64,000 nucleotides of DNA from an uncultured Chthonomonadaceae bacterium (GCA_963817895.1 CAWFQB010000001.1:480001-544000), one strand, 5' to 3'. Counted from the stretch's first letter, positions 29,697 to 40,243 are shown. Notes: generated by a model not told the origin, from the sequence alone. Translations and numbers: made by a program.

Positions 29697-30890
29697 CTAA
29701 TTCGCTTCTTGCGCTTTGTTGAGCAGGCGGAGAACGTCGCGTGAACTGTGACGACGCGCCAGAGTAAGAGCCGTCGTCACGCCATCACGACCGGGTTGAT
29801 TGACATACGCTGACAAGTCCAGTAACACGCGAATAACGGGTAAATTATTGCGCGGCGGCTGTCCGGCATATCGGGACGAGCGGCTGTAGCCCATTTCTAC
29901 CGCAACCATCAACGCGCTCGGAAGGTTCGCGTCCGATCTGTCCACGCTGTCCGCCCGAACGTAGCCTTTCACTAATTTTTGAACGGCTTTGACATCATTA
30001 CGGCGTATTGCGCGAAACAAAGCAGCAGATTCTGTGCGCTCATACCCTGCGCCCGCCTGCTGAAGCATCTTCACGATGTCATTGTAATGGCTCAATTGCG
30101 CAAGGTCTAAAGCGGACTCCCCATGCTCGCCTTGAGCGTTGACATTCGCTTTATATCGAATCAATGACTGAGCGTTCGCTTTTTGGCCTGCTATTGTTGC
30201 CTGCATCAATGCGGTGTACCCATAATGCCGTGTACGCGCATTGGGTTTCGCGCCGCGCGCGAGCAACTGCTGCACAATACTGGTGTCTCTTTGTGCTGCG
30301 GCACGGATAAGTGGCGAGTATCCGTTGACACCGCACATATCGGGGTCGGCTCCTTTTTCCAGCAGTTGTTGAACAAGATCAGGCAGTTGATACTCAACGG
30401 CTTTGATAAGCGGCGTATTGTCCTGCGCCTGATTACCTGATACTTCCGGGTCAGGTACATTCTTCACTTTCGCGTCATGCGCCAGCAGCAGCAAAGCAGT
30501 TTGTTCGCAACGTTGTTTGTCAGAGGAGGAAAGCGTTTCGTCATCCATACCACGCGGCGTTAAGGCGACAAACAACGCCGGGTATTCGGGTTTCGGTTCC
30601 TCGTCAGCATTGGGCGCAGACGGCTTGAACGGCAAAGGGCGCTTGAGAAACGCGGCTTTGAGAGCCTGCCAGAAGGTGACAGTCGTTTCGGGCGTTTCGC
30701 AAACATTCGGGTCTGCGCCGTCGTCAAGGTACGCGCGGACGGCTTCGACATTGAGGGCTTTGATTGCCGCAATCAGATGATGCGTGGCGTAAGCGCGTTT
30801 CGCTTCCCGCCACACGCGCCATGCCGGTATAATTCCAACAGCAATCAGCAACCCAACCGTTATCAGCAATGCGCGGCGTTTGCGCTTCAT
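29697..30890 (-). CDS. Ankyrin-repeat protein with N-terminal membrane anchor
   Basis: MKRKRR plus hydrophobic helix; TPLIKAV..LLEKGADP, SPLIRAA, TALMQA repeats. Confidence 0.85.
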   Translation of the reverse strand: MKRKRRALLITVGLLIAVGIIPAWRVWREAKRAYATHHLIAAIKALNVEAVRAYLDDGADPNVCETPETTVTFWQALKAAFLKRPLPFKPSAPNADEEPKPEYPALFVALTPRGMDDETLSSSDKQRCEQTALLLLAHDAKVKNVPDPEVSGNQAQDNTPLIKAVEYQLPDLVQQLLEKGADPDMCGVNGYSPLIRAAAQRDTSIVQQLLARGAKPNARTRHYGYTALMQATIAGQKANAQSLIRYKANVNAQGEHGESALDLAQLSHYNDIVKMLQQAGAGYERTESAALFRAIRRNDVKAVQKLVKGYVRADSVDRSDANLPSALMVAVEMGYSRSSRYAGQPPRNNLPVIRVLLDLSAYVNQPGRDGVTTALTLARRHSSRDVLRLLNKAQEAN

Positions 30891-31851
30891 TGTCCTCTAC
30901 TCCTTCGCGCCCGCCTGCGTAAGCAGATGAATCACCGCTGACTTATATTCTTGAAATCGTTCTAAATGAACGTTGTGGCGCGCAAAGGACAAAGCGGTCT
31001 TCCCCTCCCTGTCTCTAGGATGAACATTTGCGCCTTGTCGTAACAACTGCCTGATAATTACAGACCGCAGATGATAAGCCGCCATTAGCAAGGGCGTCAT
31101 ACCCTCTTTATCTTTCGCGTTGATGTTCGCGCCCCGATCAAGCAATGCCTGTACCACTTTAGGCGATTCAGGGTTCATTTCAGGATAGCGGCCGCCATCG
31201 GAGGCTAACAGCAGAGGTGTCCTGCCGCGTTTATCTCGAAAGTTGACGTTCGCGCCGTGTTTAATCAGCAATAGCGCGGCCTCCGTGTTCAAGTGACCGC
31301 CCGAAGTCAAAGCTGTCATGAGCGGTGTTGCCCTCTCTTCATCTTTTGTATCTACATCCCAGTTCGCATTTAGAAACGCTTTCAGGGACGGGGTATTATA
31401 AATGTGAATAGCGCAGTGCATAGCGTTGCCATTCTTTACGCCATAGGCCAACAATGCGTGAAGCACTCTCATATTTCCATCAAAGACATAGGCTCTCAGC
31501 GCGTTTTTGGCGTAAACGTCCGCGCCGTTCGCCATTAACACATCTACAACCGCTCCGGTACTGGCATAGGTTAAAGCGGTTTCAAACTCTTCATCTACAG
31601 TCTGTACGCTGCTGCCGCTTTTCAGCAGACATCGCGCGACAGCCACATTCCCTTTTCGCGCAGCATACATCAACAGGCTGCACGGCGCGTCATGGTTATG
31701 GATACCTTCGCCATAACAATGGTCCGTCGGCAGTTTTTCGCCGATGTCCTTTACGCCTCGCGCCGTAATCCCCTGTGTGCCACAATAGGTTGAGACAAAA
31801 TCCCGTACACGAAATAGTGTAGATCGCCAGGGCGGAGAATGGATTTCTCAG

Positions 31852-32298
31852 ATGAATACGCCGTTGACAGACAGCCCAACCACTCGCCTCACCAACAATG
31901 GACACCACAGCGCGCCCTCCCCCGCGCTGCGCCCGGAGGCGCAGGTGCAAACGCGCCCCACGCGCCGCCGCTTTACCGCTGCGTACAAGCTGCGCATCCT
32001 TAAAGAAGCCGACGCCTGCGTCAAGCCGGGAGAGTTGGGGGCGCTGCTTCGCCGCGAAGGGCTGTACTCCTCCACGCTTGCCAACTTCCGCAAACTGCGC
32101 GAGGCGGGTCAGTTGGGCGAGAAGAACTCTGCCCAGGCGCAGAAGCAGCGCAAAGACAAAGAAGCCGCCCGCCAACGCGATGCCCGCAGGATGGCCGCTC
32201 TGGAAACCGAGAACCAGAAACTGCGCGTTCTGCTGGAACTCCAAAAAAAAGTAGCGGCCTTGCTCGACCTGACACTGGAAGAAACGCCGCCCGAATAA
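31852..32298 (+). CDS. IS3-family transposase OrfA
   Basis: RRRFTAAYKLRIL..GALLRREGLYSS HTH plus leucine zipper; A8G slippery run at 32243-32251. Confidence 0.88.
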   Translation: MNTPLTDSPTTRLTNNGHHSAPSPALRPEAQVQTRPTRRRFTAAYKLRILKEADACVKPGELGALLRREGLYSSTLANFRKLREAGQLGEKNSAQAQKQRKDKEAARQRDARRMAALETENQKLRVLLELQKKVAALLDLTLEETPPE

Positions 32299-32351
32299 GC
32301 CTGGTTGCCGAAGCGGGCGCAACGACCGGGATTGGCCGCGCCTGTGATGCG

Positions 32352-33326
32352 GTGCAACTGAGCCGCGCCCGCTTCTACCGGGAGCAACACGCTGGTACGG
32401 GCACAATCCAAGAAGGCGTCCTTGTTCCCAAAGCACAACGGGGTTCTCCTCGCCGCTTGTCGGAAGAGGAACGCGCCCTGTTGCTCAATCTACTCTTGTC
32501 GGAACGCTTTGTAGACGCTTCGCCCCGGCAGGTGTATGCGCAATTGCTGCAAGAAGGCGTGTATCACGCTTCCTATCGCACGATGTATCGCCTGCTGCAC
32601 GAACACCAAGCCATCTGTGAGCGTCGGCGGGTTCGCAGGCATCCGGCGTATAGCAAACCTGAACTTAAGGCAACCGGCCCTAATCAGGTGTGGACATGGG
32701 ACATCACCTACTTGAAGACGCCCATTCGGGGTCGCTTCTATTACTTATATGTGGTTATGGACATCTACAGTCGTTATGTGGTCGGCTGGATGCTCGCAGA
32801 CCGGGAGTGTCAATACCTGGCGCACAAGCTGCTGCAAGAAACCTGTCGTAAATACAACATCGCGCCTAACCAACTCACCCTCCATGCGGATCGCGGCGGG
32901 CCGATGAAAAGCCAGTCGGTAGCGCAGCTCTTACTTTCGTTGCAGGTGACCCGTTCGCACAGCCGCCCGCGTGTCAGCAACGACAACCCGTACTCGGAAG
33001 CCGGGTTCAAAACGATGAAGTACAGCGCCTACTTCCCGGAGCGCTTTAGCAGCCAGGAAGACGCGCAGACGTTCTGCCAGGACTACTTTGTCGGGTACAA
33101 TACGTGCCACCACCATACCGGCTTGGTGTTGCTTACGCCCGAACAGGTGCATTTCGGCGAAGCAACGCAGGTATTGGCGCAGCGGCAAGTCACGTTAGAT
33201 AACGCCTATGCCGCGCATCCGCAACGCTTTCGAGAGCGTCCGCAGGCGGGGCAGTTACCCGACGTTGTCTGGATCAATGCGCCTGCGTTGCCCGTTGGCG
33301 AAGGCACAGCACCGGTTGCCGGTTGA
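32352..33326 (+). CDS. IS3-family transposase OrfB (DDE integrase core)
   Basis: PNQVWTWDIT, DIYSRYVVGW, HADRG, DNPYSEAGFKTMK; in -1 frame to OrfA and open back to the A-run. Confidence 0.92.
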   Translation: MQLSRARFYREQHAGTGTIQEGVLVPKAQRGSPRRLSEEERALLLNLLLSERFVDASPRQVYAQLLQEGVYHASYRTMYRLLHEHQAICERRRVRRHPAYSKPELKATGPNQVWTWDITYLKTPIRGRFYYLYVVMDIYSRYVVGWMLADRECQYLAHKLLQETCRKYNIAPNQLTLHADRGGPMKSQSVAQLLLSLQVTRSHSRPRVSNDNPYSEAGFKTMKYSAYFPERFSSQEDAQTFCQDYFVGYNTCHHHTGLVLLTPEQVHFGEATQVLAQRQVTLDNAYAAHPQRFRERPQAGQLPDVVWINAPALPVGEGTAPVAG

Positions 33327-33669
33327 GTGGCGAGGAATGACTGCTCGCTACATAAAATACTTTCGCTTTTTGTCTCAAAATCCTTGACACATTCCGAGCG
33401 CCTGAACAAGCGTTGTGTTGTTGCTTTGCACCGCCAGCGCCAGCGCGCTCAAACTTTGTGTACGGTTCACACTTGCGTCAGGCGCGACATCCGTGTGCTG
33501 ACGCGTGGCAATGAACACCTGATGTCGTTGCGCTTGCCGCCACTCCTGCCAGATCAGGCTTACAGGAAGGGCGAGAGCGATCAAGAAAACAATCAAGGCG
33601 GGCAGGGAAATGCGGCGTTTGCGTATCATAGGCGAGTCGTTTCCTGATTTGAGAGAACAGAGCGAAGCA

Positions 33670-33678
33670 TGGTATAAT
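33670..33678 (+). promoter_or_regulatory. Extended -10 promoter of the TA operon
   Basis: TGgTATAAT upstream of AGGAG and ATG 33716. Confidence 0.5.
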
Positions 33679-33715
33679 CAAAACAACTGTGCAGAGTATG
33701 GCAGGAGAACCCATC

Positions 33716-33943
33716 ATGCAAACGGATATGCAGACACAAACCGTTCCTTTTGTCGGATTGACGCCGGAAGAGCGCGCCGAACTTATCAGGGATATTAATA
33801 GCCTTTTTGTTCATCCTGAACAGTGGCTGGATACGCCCCACCACTTACTCAGCAATCACAAACCGCTTGAGTTTTTGGAACCGGGTCGGGAAGCGCCCCT
33901 GTATAACCTGATTGGTATGATTAAGTACGGACTATTTGCATGA
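33716..33943 (+). CDS. Antitoxin, Xre/MbcA/ParS toxin-binding domain
   Basis: WLDTPHHLLSNHKPLEFL..IKYGLFA; ATGA overlap with the RES gene. Confidence 0.8.
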   Translation: MQTDMQTQTVPFVGLTPEERAELIRDINSLFVHPEQWLDTPHHLLSNHKPLEFLEPGREAPLYNLIGMIKYGLFA

Positions 33944-34533
33944 ATCTGTCTTCTGTTCCCACGCTGCCAACCGTGCCGCGAACCGGAACGTGGTATCGCG
34001 CTACGCCGCCACAGTTTTACCCGGCTTCCATTTCTCAACTCAGCTACACGCCCCGAATCGCAAGCCGGTTTTCTGCCGGGCTATATTCGCAGCAACCGTA
34101 CGAAACGCTATATCTGGCGCAAACGCCGGAAATGGCTCTGCTGGAAACCGAAAATGTATACGGCAGAATCGGCAATACCGTCGCCAATCTACGCGCCGTA
34201 ACGCTGTACGCTGTAGAAGCTCAAACTTTTCGGCTGGTCAACTTGACCGATCCCGGCATTCAGGCGATGCTGCAAACTTCCACGCAGGAACTTACCGGCA
34301 ACTGGACAATTTACGGCGCGAATATGCCAACTTCTCCGTTTCCCGTTTTCCTGCCGACTGCGCCAACTCAGCAGTTGGGCGCGGCGCTATTTGCCGAAGG
34401 CTTTGAAGGGCTGATTGCGCCATCCGCCAAAGACCCTCGCTTTCCTTCCCTGATGCTGTTTCCTCAAAATTTGCAATTCAACAGCATTGTTACGCATACC
34501 GACCCGGCTACCGGGCAGATATACCGCGTTTAG
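33940..34533 (+). CDS. RES-domain toxin (NAD+ phosphorylase family)
   Basis: WYRA, SRFS, LYLAQTPEMALLE, TQQLG, GLIAPSA. Confidence 0.85.
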   Translation: MNLSSVPTLPTVPRTGTWYRATPPQFYPASISQLSYTPRIASRFSAGLYSQQPYETLYLAQTPEMALLETENVYGRIGNTVANLRAVTLYAVEAQTFRLVNLTDPGIQAMLQTSTQELTGNWTIYGANMPTSPFPVFLPTAPTQQLGAALFAEGFEGLIAPSAKDPRFPSLMLFPQNLQFNSIVTHTDPATGQIYRV

Positions 34534-34800
34534 CTTGCTCCCTGCGCGGCTTTTGGCTCCCATCAGCGGGGACTGCTCAGAGTTGCCATCGTTTTGCCTA
34601 CTACTTTCCTTTTCCTTAAACACTCCCACAGTACAGGCCGGAACTGGAATGGTCTTAACAGTTACCGCTATTTGTCGGTCGAAAACCATACCGCCGGAAT
34701 TCCAGGTAACGTTCTGGACGCGCTGGTCGCGCGGCATGTTGCCGGATGTGTCTTCAGCGGGTTCGGCGTGGGCGTCCCGTGAGGTAAGACAGGAGCGAGA

Positions 34801-35271
34801 TCAGCCATCGGCCTTCAACCATTCCACGGTTCGCAGAAGCTGCGCGGCGTCCTCCACTTTCAGGGTCACGCCCTCCAGATCGGCCAGATCGCCGCGCTCT
34901 ACCAGATCAAGCAGACCTGTGGGCGTGTCCACGCCGAATTCCAGTTCCAGCAGGCGAACCAGACGCGGCGACAGGCCGGGAACGCGCAGCATCTCCTGAA
35001 TCGGCGGCGGCACTTCCGTTTGCAGCCGCTCGTACAGGTCACACGTTCCGGTTTTCAGTATCTCGCTGATTTTGCCCGCAATCGCGTCGCCCACACCCGG
35101 CAGGGTTTGCAGTTCGTTCCGATCCGCTACCTCCTGCAAGGGCGTGGTCAGCGCGGTCAGCGTCAGGGCGGCGCGATAGTACGAGCGCACCTTGAACATA
35201 TTCTCGTCCCGAAATGCCATCAGTTCGGCTACGCGCAGAAACACGGCTGCGACTTCGGAGTTGGTGGGCAT
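34801..35271 (-). CDS. Stand-alone PolX N-terminal helix-hairpin-helix domain protein
   Basis: TNSEVA..ENMFKVRSYYRAA..LPGVGDAIAGKI..MLRVPGLSP; stops before the nucleotidyltransferase domain. Confidence 0.75.
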   Translation of the reverse strand: MPTNSEVAAVFLRVAELMAFRDENMFKVRSYYRAALTLTALTTPLQEVADRNELQTLPGVGDAIAGKISEILKTGTCDLYERLQTEVPPPIQEMLRVPGLSPRLVRLLELEFGVDTPTGLLDLVERGDLADLEGVTLKVEDAAQLLRTVEWLKADG

Positions 35272-35281
35272 GGTTGGCTCC

Positions 35282-35406
35282 GGTGATTGGTGGTTGGTGA
35301 TTGGTGGTTGGTTTGTCGAATTGAAGGCTCTGTACGTTTATTGACATACTCACATAGATGAAGAGCGCTTCTTAACCAACCACCAACCACCAATCACCAA
35401 CCACCT
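35282..35406. repeat. Inverted pair of (GGTG[AG]TT)n heptamer repeats
   Basis: ggtgattggtggttggtgattggtggttgg ... ccaaccaccaaccaccaatcaccaaccacc; related unit near 48407-48438. Confidence 0.75.
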
Positions 35407-36463
35407 AACGTGCTACAAACAAAAACGCCAGCGCGATAATGATGTAAACGGCCAATAGCTGCGCGCCCTCCAGCCAGTGGCTTTTGCCGTCCAGCGAAAT
35501 CAGGACGCCGATGAGAACGGCTGCGGATACGGCGATCAGCTCGAAGTTGCTGAACAGGATGCTCATCGGATGCCCCAGCAGCAGGCTGACGAAAATCAGC
35601 AGGGGCGCGACAAACATGGCGATCTGCGTACTCGACGACACGGCGATATTGAGGCTGATGTCCATTTTATTGCGCATCGCCATCATGACTGCCGTGCTGT
35701 GTTCCGCCGCGTTGCCGATGATGGGAACGACAATAATGCCGACAAACAGCTTGCTCAGGCCCCATTGATGCACGACGGGTTCGATGCCGCCGACAAGCAG
35801 TTCGCTTTCCACCGCGATAATCAGGGTGGCGGCCAGCAGAACCAGCATCGCCTTCCCCTGCGACCATTTGGCAGGCTCCAATTCGTGTTCTCCGCCCGCC
35901 TGAAACAGTTGCTCGTGGGTGCGCAGGGCAAACAGCAGGCTGCCAATGTAAATCAGAATATCCACGACGGCAACGCCGACGCTGAGTTTTTGAATATCGG
36001 GATTGCTGGTATGTTCGTTGATGCCCGGCACGCTGCGGGCAAACAGCGCGGGTACAAGCAGGGCGACGGCGGCAAGGGCGAGCATGGTGGCATGGGCCTG
36101 CGCCACATCCACATTGAAGGTTTGTATCTTGTGCTTCACGCCGCCAAGCAGGATAGACAGCCCCAACACCAGCAGGATATTACCGATGATGCTGCCGATA
36201 AGGGACGCTTTGACAATCGCGATTTCGCCCCGTTGCAGGGCCACGATGCAGATGATGAGTTCGGTCGCGTTGCCGAAAGTGGCGTTGAGCAGGCCGCCGA
36301 TAGCGGGGCCGCGCGCTTTCGCCAGTTCTTCCGTGGCTTCGCTCAATACGCCCGCGAGAGGCACAATCGCCAGACTGGAAGCGGCGAACAGCCACACGCC
36401 CGGAACTTTGAGCCAGGCCATGACAAAACTGATGGGAACAAACAGCAGCAGCCAGCGCATCAA
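35405..36463 (-). CDS. Ca2+/H+ exchanger (CAX/ChaA family)
   Basis: GGLLNATFGNATE, PIIGNAAEH, SSTQIAMFVAP, WLEGAQLL. Confidence 0.93.
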   Translation of the reverse strand: MMRWLLLFVPISFVMAWLKVPGVWLFAASSLAIVPLAGVLSEATEELAKARGPAIGGLLNATFGNATELIICIVALQRGEIAIVKASLIGSIIGNILLVLGLSILLGGVKHKIQTFNVDVAQAHATMLALAAVALLVPALFARSVPGINEHTSNPDIQKLSVGVAVVDILIYIGSLLFALRTHEQLFQAGGEHELEPAKWSQGKAMLVLLAATLIIAVESELLVGGIEPVVHQWGLSKLFVGIIVVPIIGNAAEHSTAVMMAMRNKMDISLNIAVSSSTQIAMFVAPLLIFVSLLLGHPMSILFSNFELIAVSAAVLIGVLISLDGKSHWLEGAQLLAVYIIIALAFLFVAR

Positions 36464-36724
36464 GAGCGTTTTTCTCCTTGCGCAGCGTATCTTCGTGTCA
36501 TCGGGAACCCTCTTTCATCCAGAATAGTTCAGAATTGTTGTTCAAGAAGACGGCAGGCGCATCAGGATACGCCGTCAACATGTTTTATACGCGGTTTCGG
36601 CATAATAGACTGCGTTCCCTGCCCCGCGCCCATCAACGACAGGCAATCACTGTTACATAACTCACAGTTATTTTAGCGTAAATCGCATATAATGGTAGGC
36701 AAGCCCCGTCCGAGGAGTACGCCG

Positions 36725-39700
36725 ATGCAGACCATAACCCCGCCTTTCTTTATCGCCGGAGGAACGGTTCCCGCCGATGCCCCCTGCTACGTCACCCGTC
36801 AGGCGGACAACGACCTCTTTCACGCGCTCCACAACGCCGAATTTTGTTTCGTTCTGGACACGCGGCAGGTGGGGAAGTCGTCCCTGATGGCGCGTACCGC
36901 CGAGCGTCTGCGCGAAAAAGAGGTTCGCGTCGCGCTGCTCGACCTCACGGCGCTGGGCAAAGAGAGCAATCCCGAAAACTGGCACTACGGGCTGCTGGAA
37001 CTGATCGGGCAGGAGTTGCGCTGCCTGAAACCGTTGCGCGCCTTTTGGGAGGCGAACGGCGGGCTGCCGCTCACACAGCGATTCATGCAGGCCATTGAGC
37101 AAATCGCGCTGGAAAAAGAGCCAACGTCGCTTGTCCTCGCCATTGACGAAATAGACTTCGTTCGCAGCCTGCCGTTCGATACGGATGATTTCTTCGCCGG
37201 TATCCGCGAGTGCCACAATCGCCGCGCGCACCAACCCGCGTTGAAACGCCTCACCTTCTGTCTGATCGGTTCCGCAACCCCCAACGACCTGATTCAAAAC
37301 GTCCATATCACGCCGTTCAACGTCGGCAGGCGCGTGACGATTACCGATTTCACCGAACAGGAAGCCCGTCCCCTTGCGGATGGCCTGACCGCAGCGGGCA
37401 AGGACGGCAAAACCCTCCTAGCGCAGATTTTGTACTGGACAAACGGGCATCCCTATCTCACGCAGCGGCTGTGCGCAGAAGCGGCGTCCGCCCCGGAAAT
37501 CAGTGGGGCCGGGGACATTGACCGGCTTGCGAAACGGCTGTTTCTGTCGCGGCGGGCGTCTGCCACCGAAGATGTCAATCTGGCGTTCACGCGCGACCGC
37601 CTGCTGAAAAGCGACTTAAACAAAGACAGGCTGTTCGGGTTGTATCAGGCCGTTCACGACGAAAAACGCGCCATTGCCGACGATCCGCGCGACCCGTACT
37701 GCAACGCCCTGCGCCTGTCGGGGATCGTGGCAGAGCGCGAAGGGTACTTATTTGTCCGCAACCGCATCTATCGCGAGTTGTTCACGCGGGCATGGGCGCA
37801 GGAGCAGATGCCGGGTATCGAGGCCGCGCAGCATCGCCGGGAGGTTCGCCGCGCCCGCCTACAGGTTGCGGGTATCGCCGGGTGCATCATCGCCGGAATG
37901 GGTGGGCTTGCCTACAACGCCAATCAACAATACCAACGCGCCAACACCAATGCCCATAAACTCCAACTCGCCCTGACCGACGCCGAAAATTCCCGCAACA
38001 GCGCGAACAAAAGCGCACAGAAAGCAAGGGACGAAGCGGAAGAATCTGCCCGACAGAAAAGTCGTGCCGAAAATCAGAAATCAAAGGCTGACAAACAGAA
38101 AGCGGAAGCCGACAGACAAAGAAAACTGGCAGAGCGCCGAAAAAACGAAGCGGACAAGTCAAGGCAAAAGCTTGTAGAAACCGTTGACATTCTTGGACGT
38201 GAGGAGAAAAAGGCCACAAACAGCGCGGTTAAAGCCAAACAAAGCGCGGTTGCTGCCCGACAGGAGGCCGACCGCGCCGAACGGTTCCGCTATATCGCCA
38301 ACATGAACCTGATACAACGCGAGTACGAAGCCAACAACATTGCCAACACGCTGACGCTTCTGGAAGAAACCCGGAATTCTCCCTGTCGCGGTTTCGAGTG
38401 GGGCTACTGGAATCGTCTCTGTCATCTTGACGTCAGTACGCGCAAAATAGGTTCAGGCTGTTTTTCTCCTGACGGCAAGCAGATTGTGGGTATCAGCGGC
38501 AATACCGCAAAGGTGTGGGATGTTCCTACCGGAAAAGAAGTGCTCACTCTTAAAGGACACACAAAACTGGTTAAGGCTACTGCCTTCTCCTCAGATGGTA
38601 AACGTATTGTTACGGGAAGCGACGACAATACGACCAAAGTATGGGATACGCAAACGGGAAAAGAATTACTGACTTTCAAAGGCAGTAACGGAGGAATTAA
38701 ATCTGTTGCTATCTCCCCTGATGGGAAACGCATTATTGCCGTCAATGATGATTCTACAGCAAAGGAATGGGATGTACAAACTGGAAGAGAATTACTAAAC
38801 CTTACAACAGGCTCACATATTGCTTTCTCCCCCGATAGCAAACGGCTTGTGGCGGGGTATGGTGTTACTGTCAAACTATGGGACGCCACTACTGGTAAGG
38901 AAACGCTCACCTTCGAGGGGCATACTGTTAAAAGGCGTTTACTTAATAAGACCCCTCATTTGACCGAATATGTGGAGTCAGGTTTCATTACGTCAGTTGC
39001 TTTCTCTCCTGATGGCAAGTGGTTCATCACTGGCAGTACTGACACAGCAAAGGTATGGGATGCGCAAACGGGAAAAGAAACCCTCATATTAAAAGGGCAT
39101 ATTGGGGGTATCTCATCAATCGCCTTTTCCCCTGACAGCAGGCAGATTGTCACAGGAGGGTATGACAAGACGGTGAAGGTGTGGGACGCTACTACTGGCG
39201 CAGAGATAGTGACTCTCACGGGACATACTGAACCGGTTGAAGCCATTGCCTTTTCGCCAGACGGTAAAAAGGTTATCACGGATGATACCCATGGTGTTGT
39301 CAAGATGTGGAATACCGATACCTGCGAAGCCCTCACTTTCAAGAAGCATACTGGTTATATCCGGTCTGTGGCTTTCTCTCCTGATGGGAAAAGAGTCGTT
39401 ACCGGGAGTGAAGACGAGACGGCGCGGGTATGGAATGCCCGAACCGGAAAAGAATATTTCACTCTGAACGAGCAGCCACAATTGAAGGTGTCATCGTGTA
39501 CACCACCGAGGCACGGGTGCGTACCTAATGAGTACCTTCTTGTCGTTTACTCGCCTGACGGCAAGCGGATCGTCACCGGAAGTTCGGGAAATATAACCAA
39601 AGTGTGGGACGCGCAAACTGGCAAGGAGTTGCTGACGCTCAAAGCGCAGTCAGTCCTATCCGTCGTCTTCTCTCCTGATAGCAAGCGGATCGTCACCGGA

Positions 39701-40243
39701 AATTGGGATAAGACAGCAAGAGTATGGGATGCTCAAACCGGCAAAGAGATGCTCATTCTGAAAGGGCATACGTCCACTGTTCACTCGGTCGCTTTTTCCC
39801 CTGATGGCAAGCGGATCGTGACAGGGAGTGGTGACAAGACAACAAAGGTGTGGGACGCCCAAACAGGAAAAGAAATACTTGCCTTGAAGGGACATACAAG
39901 TTCCGTCATGTCTGTCGCCTTTTCTCCTGATGGCAGTCAGATTGCGACAGCAAGCGATGATAACACCGTTAAAATATGGAATGCCACTACCGGAAAGGAG
40001 ATTCGTACTCTCAAAGGCCATACGAGCGGTATTATGTCCGTTGCTTTTTCTCCCGATGGCAGGCGCATTGTGACAGGGAGTGAGGACTCTACGGCAAGAA
40101 TTTGGGATACGGCAACGGGTAGAGAACTTCTTGTTTTGAATGGGCATACTGACGTAGTTAGAGCAGTTGCTTTCTCTCCTGACGGCAAGCGGATTGTGAC
40201 GGGAAGCGATGACAATACAGCAAAAGTGTGGAGTGGAGAGTAG
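36725..40243 (+). CDS. AAA_35-like STAND NTPase plus TM helix, coiled coil and C-terminal WD40 repeats
   Basis: YVTRQAD, TRQVGKSSL, AIDEID, TPFNVG, WTNGHPYLTQ, RNRIY; more than 12 GH..VAFSPDG..WD repeats; RBS GAGGAG. Confidence 0.88.
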   Translation: MQTITPPFFIAGGTVPADAPCYVTRQADNDLFHALHNAEFCFVLDTRQVGKSSLMARTAERLREKEVRVALLDLTALGKESNPENWHYGLLELIGQELRCLKPLRAFWEANGGLPLTQRFMQAIEQIALEKEPTSLVLAIDEIDFVRSLPFDTDDFFAGIRECHNRRAHQPALKRLTFCLIGSATPNDLIQNVHITPFNVGRRVTITDFTEQEARPLADGLTAAGKDGKTLLAQILYWTNGHPYLTQRLCAEAASAPEISGAGDIDRLAKRLFLSRRASATEDVNLAFTRDRLLKSDLNKDRLFGLYQAVHDEKRAIADDPRDPYCNALRLSGIVAEREGYLFVRNRIYRELFTRAWAQEQMPGIEAAQHRREVRRARLQVAGIAGCIIAGMGGLAYNANQQYQRANTNAHKLQLALTDAENSRNSANKSAQKARDEAEESARQKSRAENQKSKADKQKAEADRQRKLAERRKNEADKSRQKLVETVDILGREEKKATNSAVKAKQSAVAARQEADRAERFRYIANMNLIQREYEANNIANTLTLLEETRNSPCRGFEWGYWNRLCHLDVSTRKIGSGCFSPDGKQIVGISGNTAKVWDVPTGKEVLTLKGHTKLVKATAFSSDGKRIVTGSDDNTTKVWDTQTGKELLTFKGSNGGIKSVAISPDGKRIIAVNDDSTAKEWDVQTGRELLNLTTGSHIAFSPDSKRLVAGYGVTVKLWDATTGKETLTFEGHTVKRRLLNKTPHLTEYVESGFITSVAFSPDGKWFITGSTDTAKVWDAQTGKETLILKGHIGGISSIAFSPDSRQIVTGGYDKTVKVWDATTGAEIVTLTGHTEPVEAIAFSPDGKKVITDDTHGVVKMWNTDTCEALTFKKHTGYIRSVAFSPDGKRVVTGSEDETARVWNARTGKEYFTLNEQPQLKVSSCTPPRHGCVPNEYLLVVYSPDGKRIVTGSSGNITKVWDAQTGKELLTLKAQSVLSVVFSPDSKRIVTGNWDKTARVWDAQTGKEMLILKGHTSTVHSVAFSPDGKRIVTGSGDKTTKVWDAQTGKEILALKGHTSSVMSVAFSPDGSQIATASDDNTVKIWNATTGKEIRTLKGHTSGIMSVAFSPDGRRIVTGSEDSTARIWDTATGRELLVLNGHTDVVRAVAFSPDGKRIVTGSDDNTAKVWSGE

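Larger units (their letters stand above)
31765..33396 (+). mobile_element. IS3-family insertion sequence
   Basis: orfA/orfB; imperfect IRs TGTGCCACAATAGGTTGAGACAAAA (31776-31800) and TTTTGTCTCAAAATCCTTGACACA (to 33391); outer limits inferred from the host reading frame. Confidence 0.8.
30897..33629 (-). pseudogene. Membrane-anchored ankyrin-repeat gene interrupted by an IS3-family element
   Basis: 5' part (33629 to ~33397) ends AVQSNNTTLVQAL; 3' part (from ~31764) starts ARGVKDIG..SLLMYAARKGN; joining them restores one frame. Confidence 0.8.

Noticed and set aside
34534..34800. Possible small ORF or continuation of PolX
   Set aside because: No nucleotidyltransferase motif recognised in any frame
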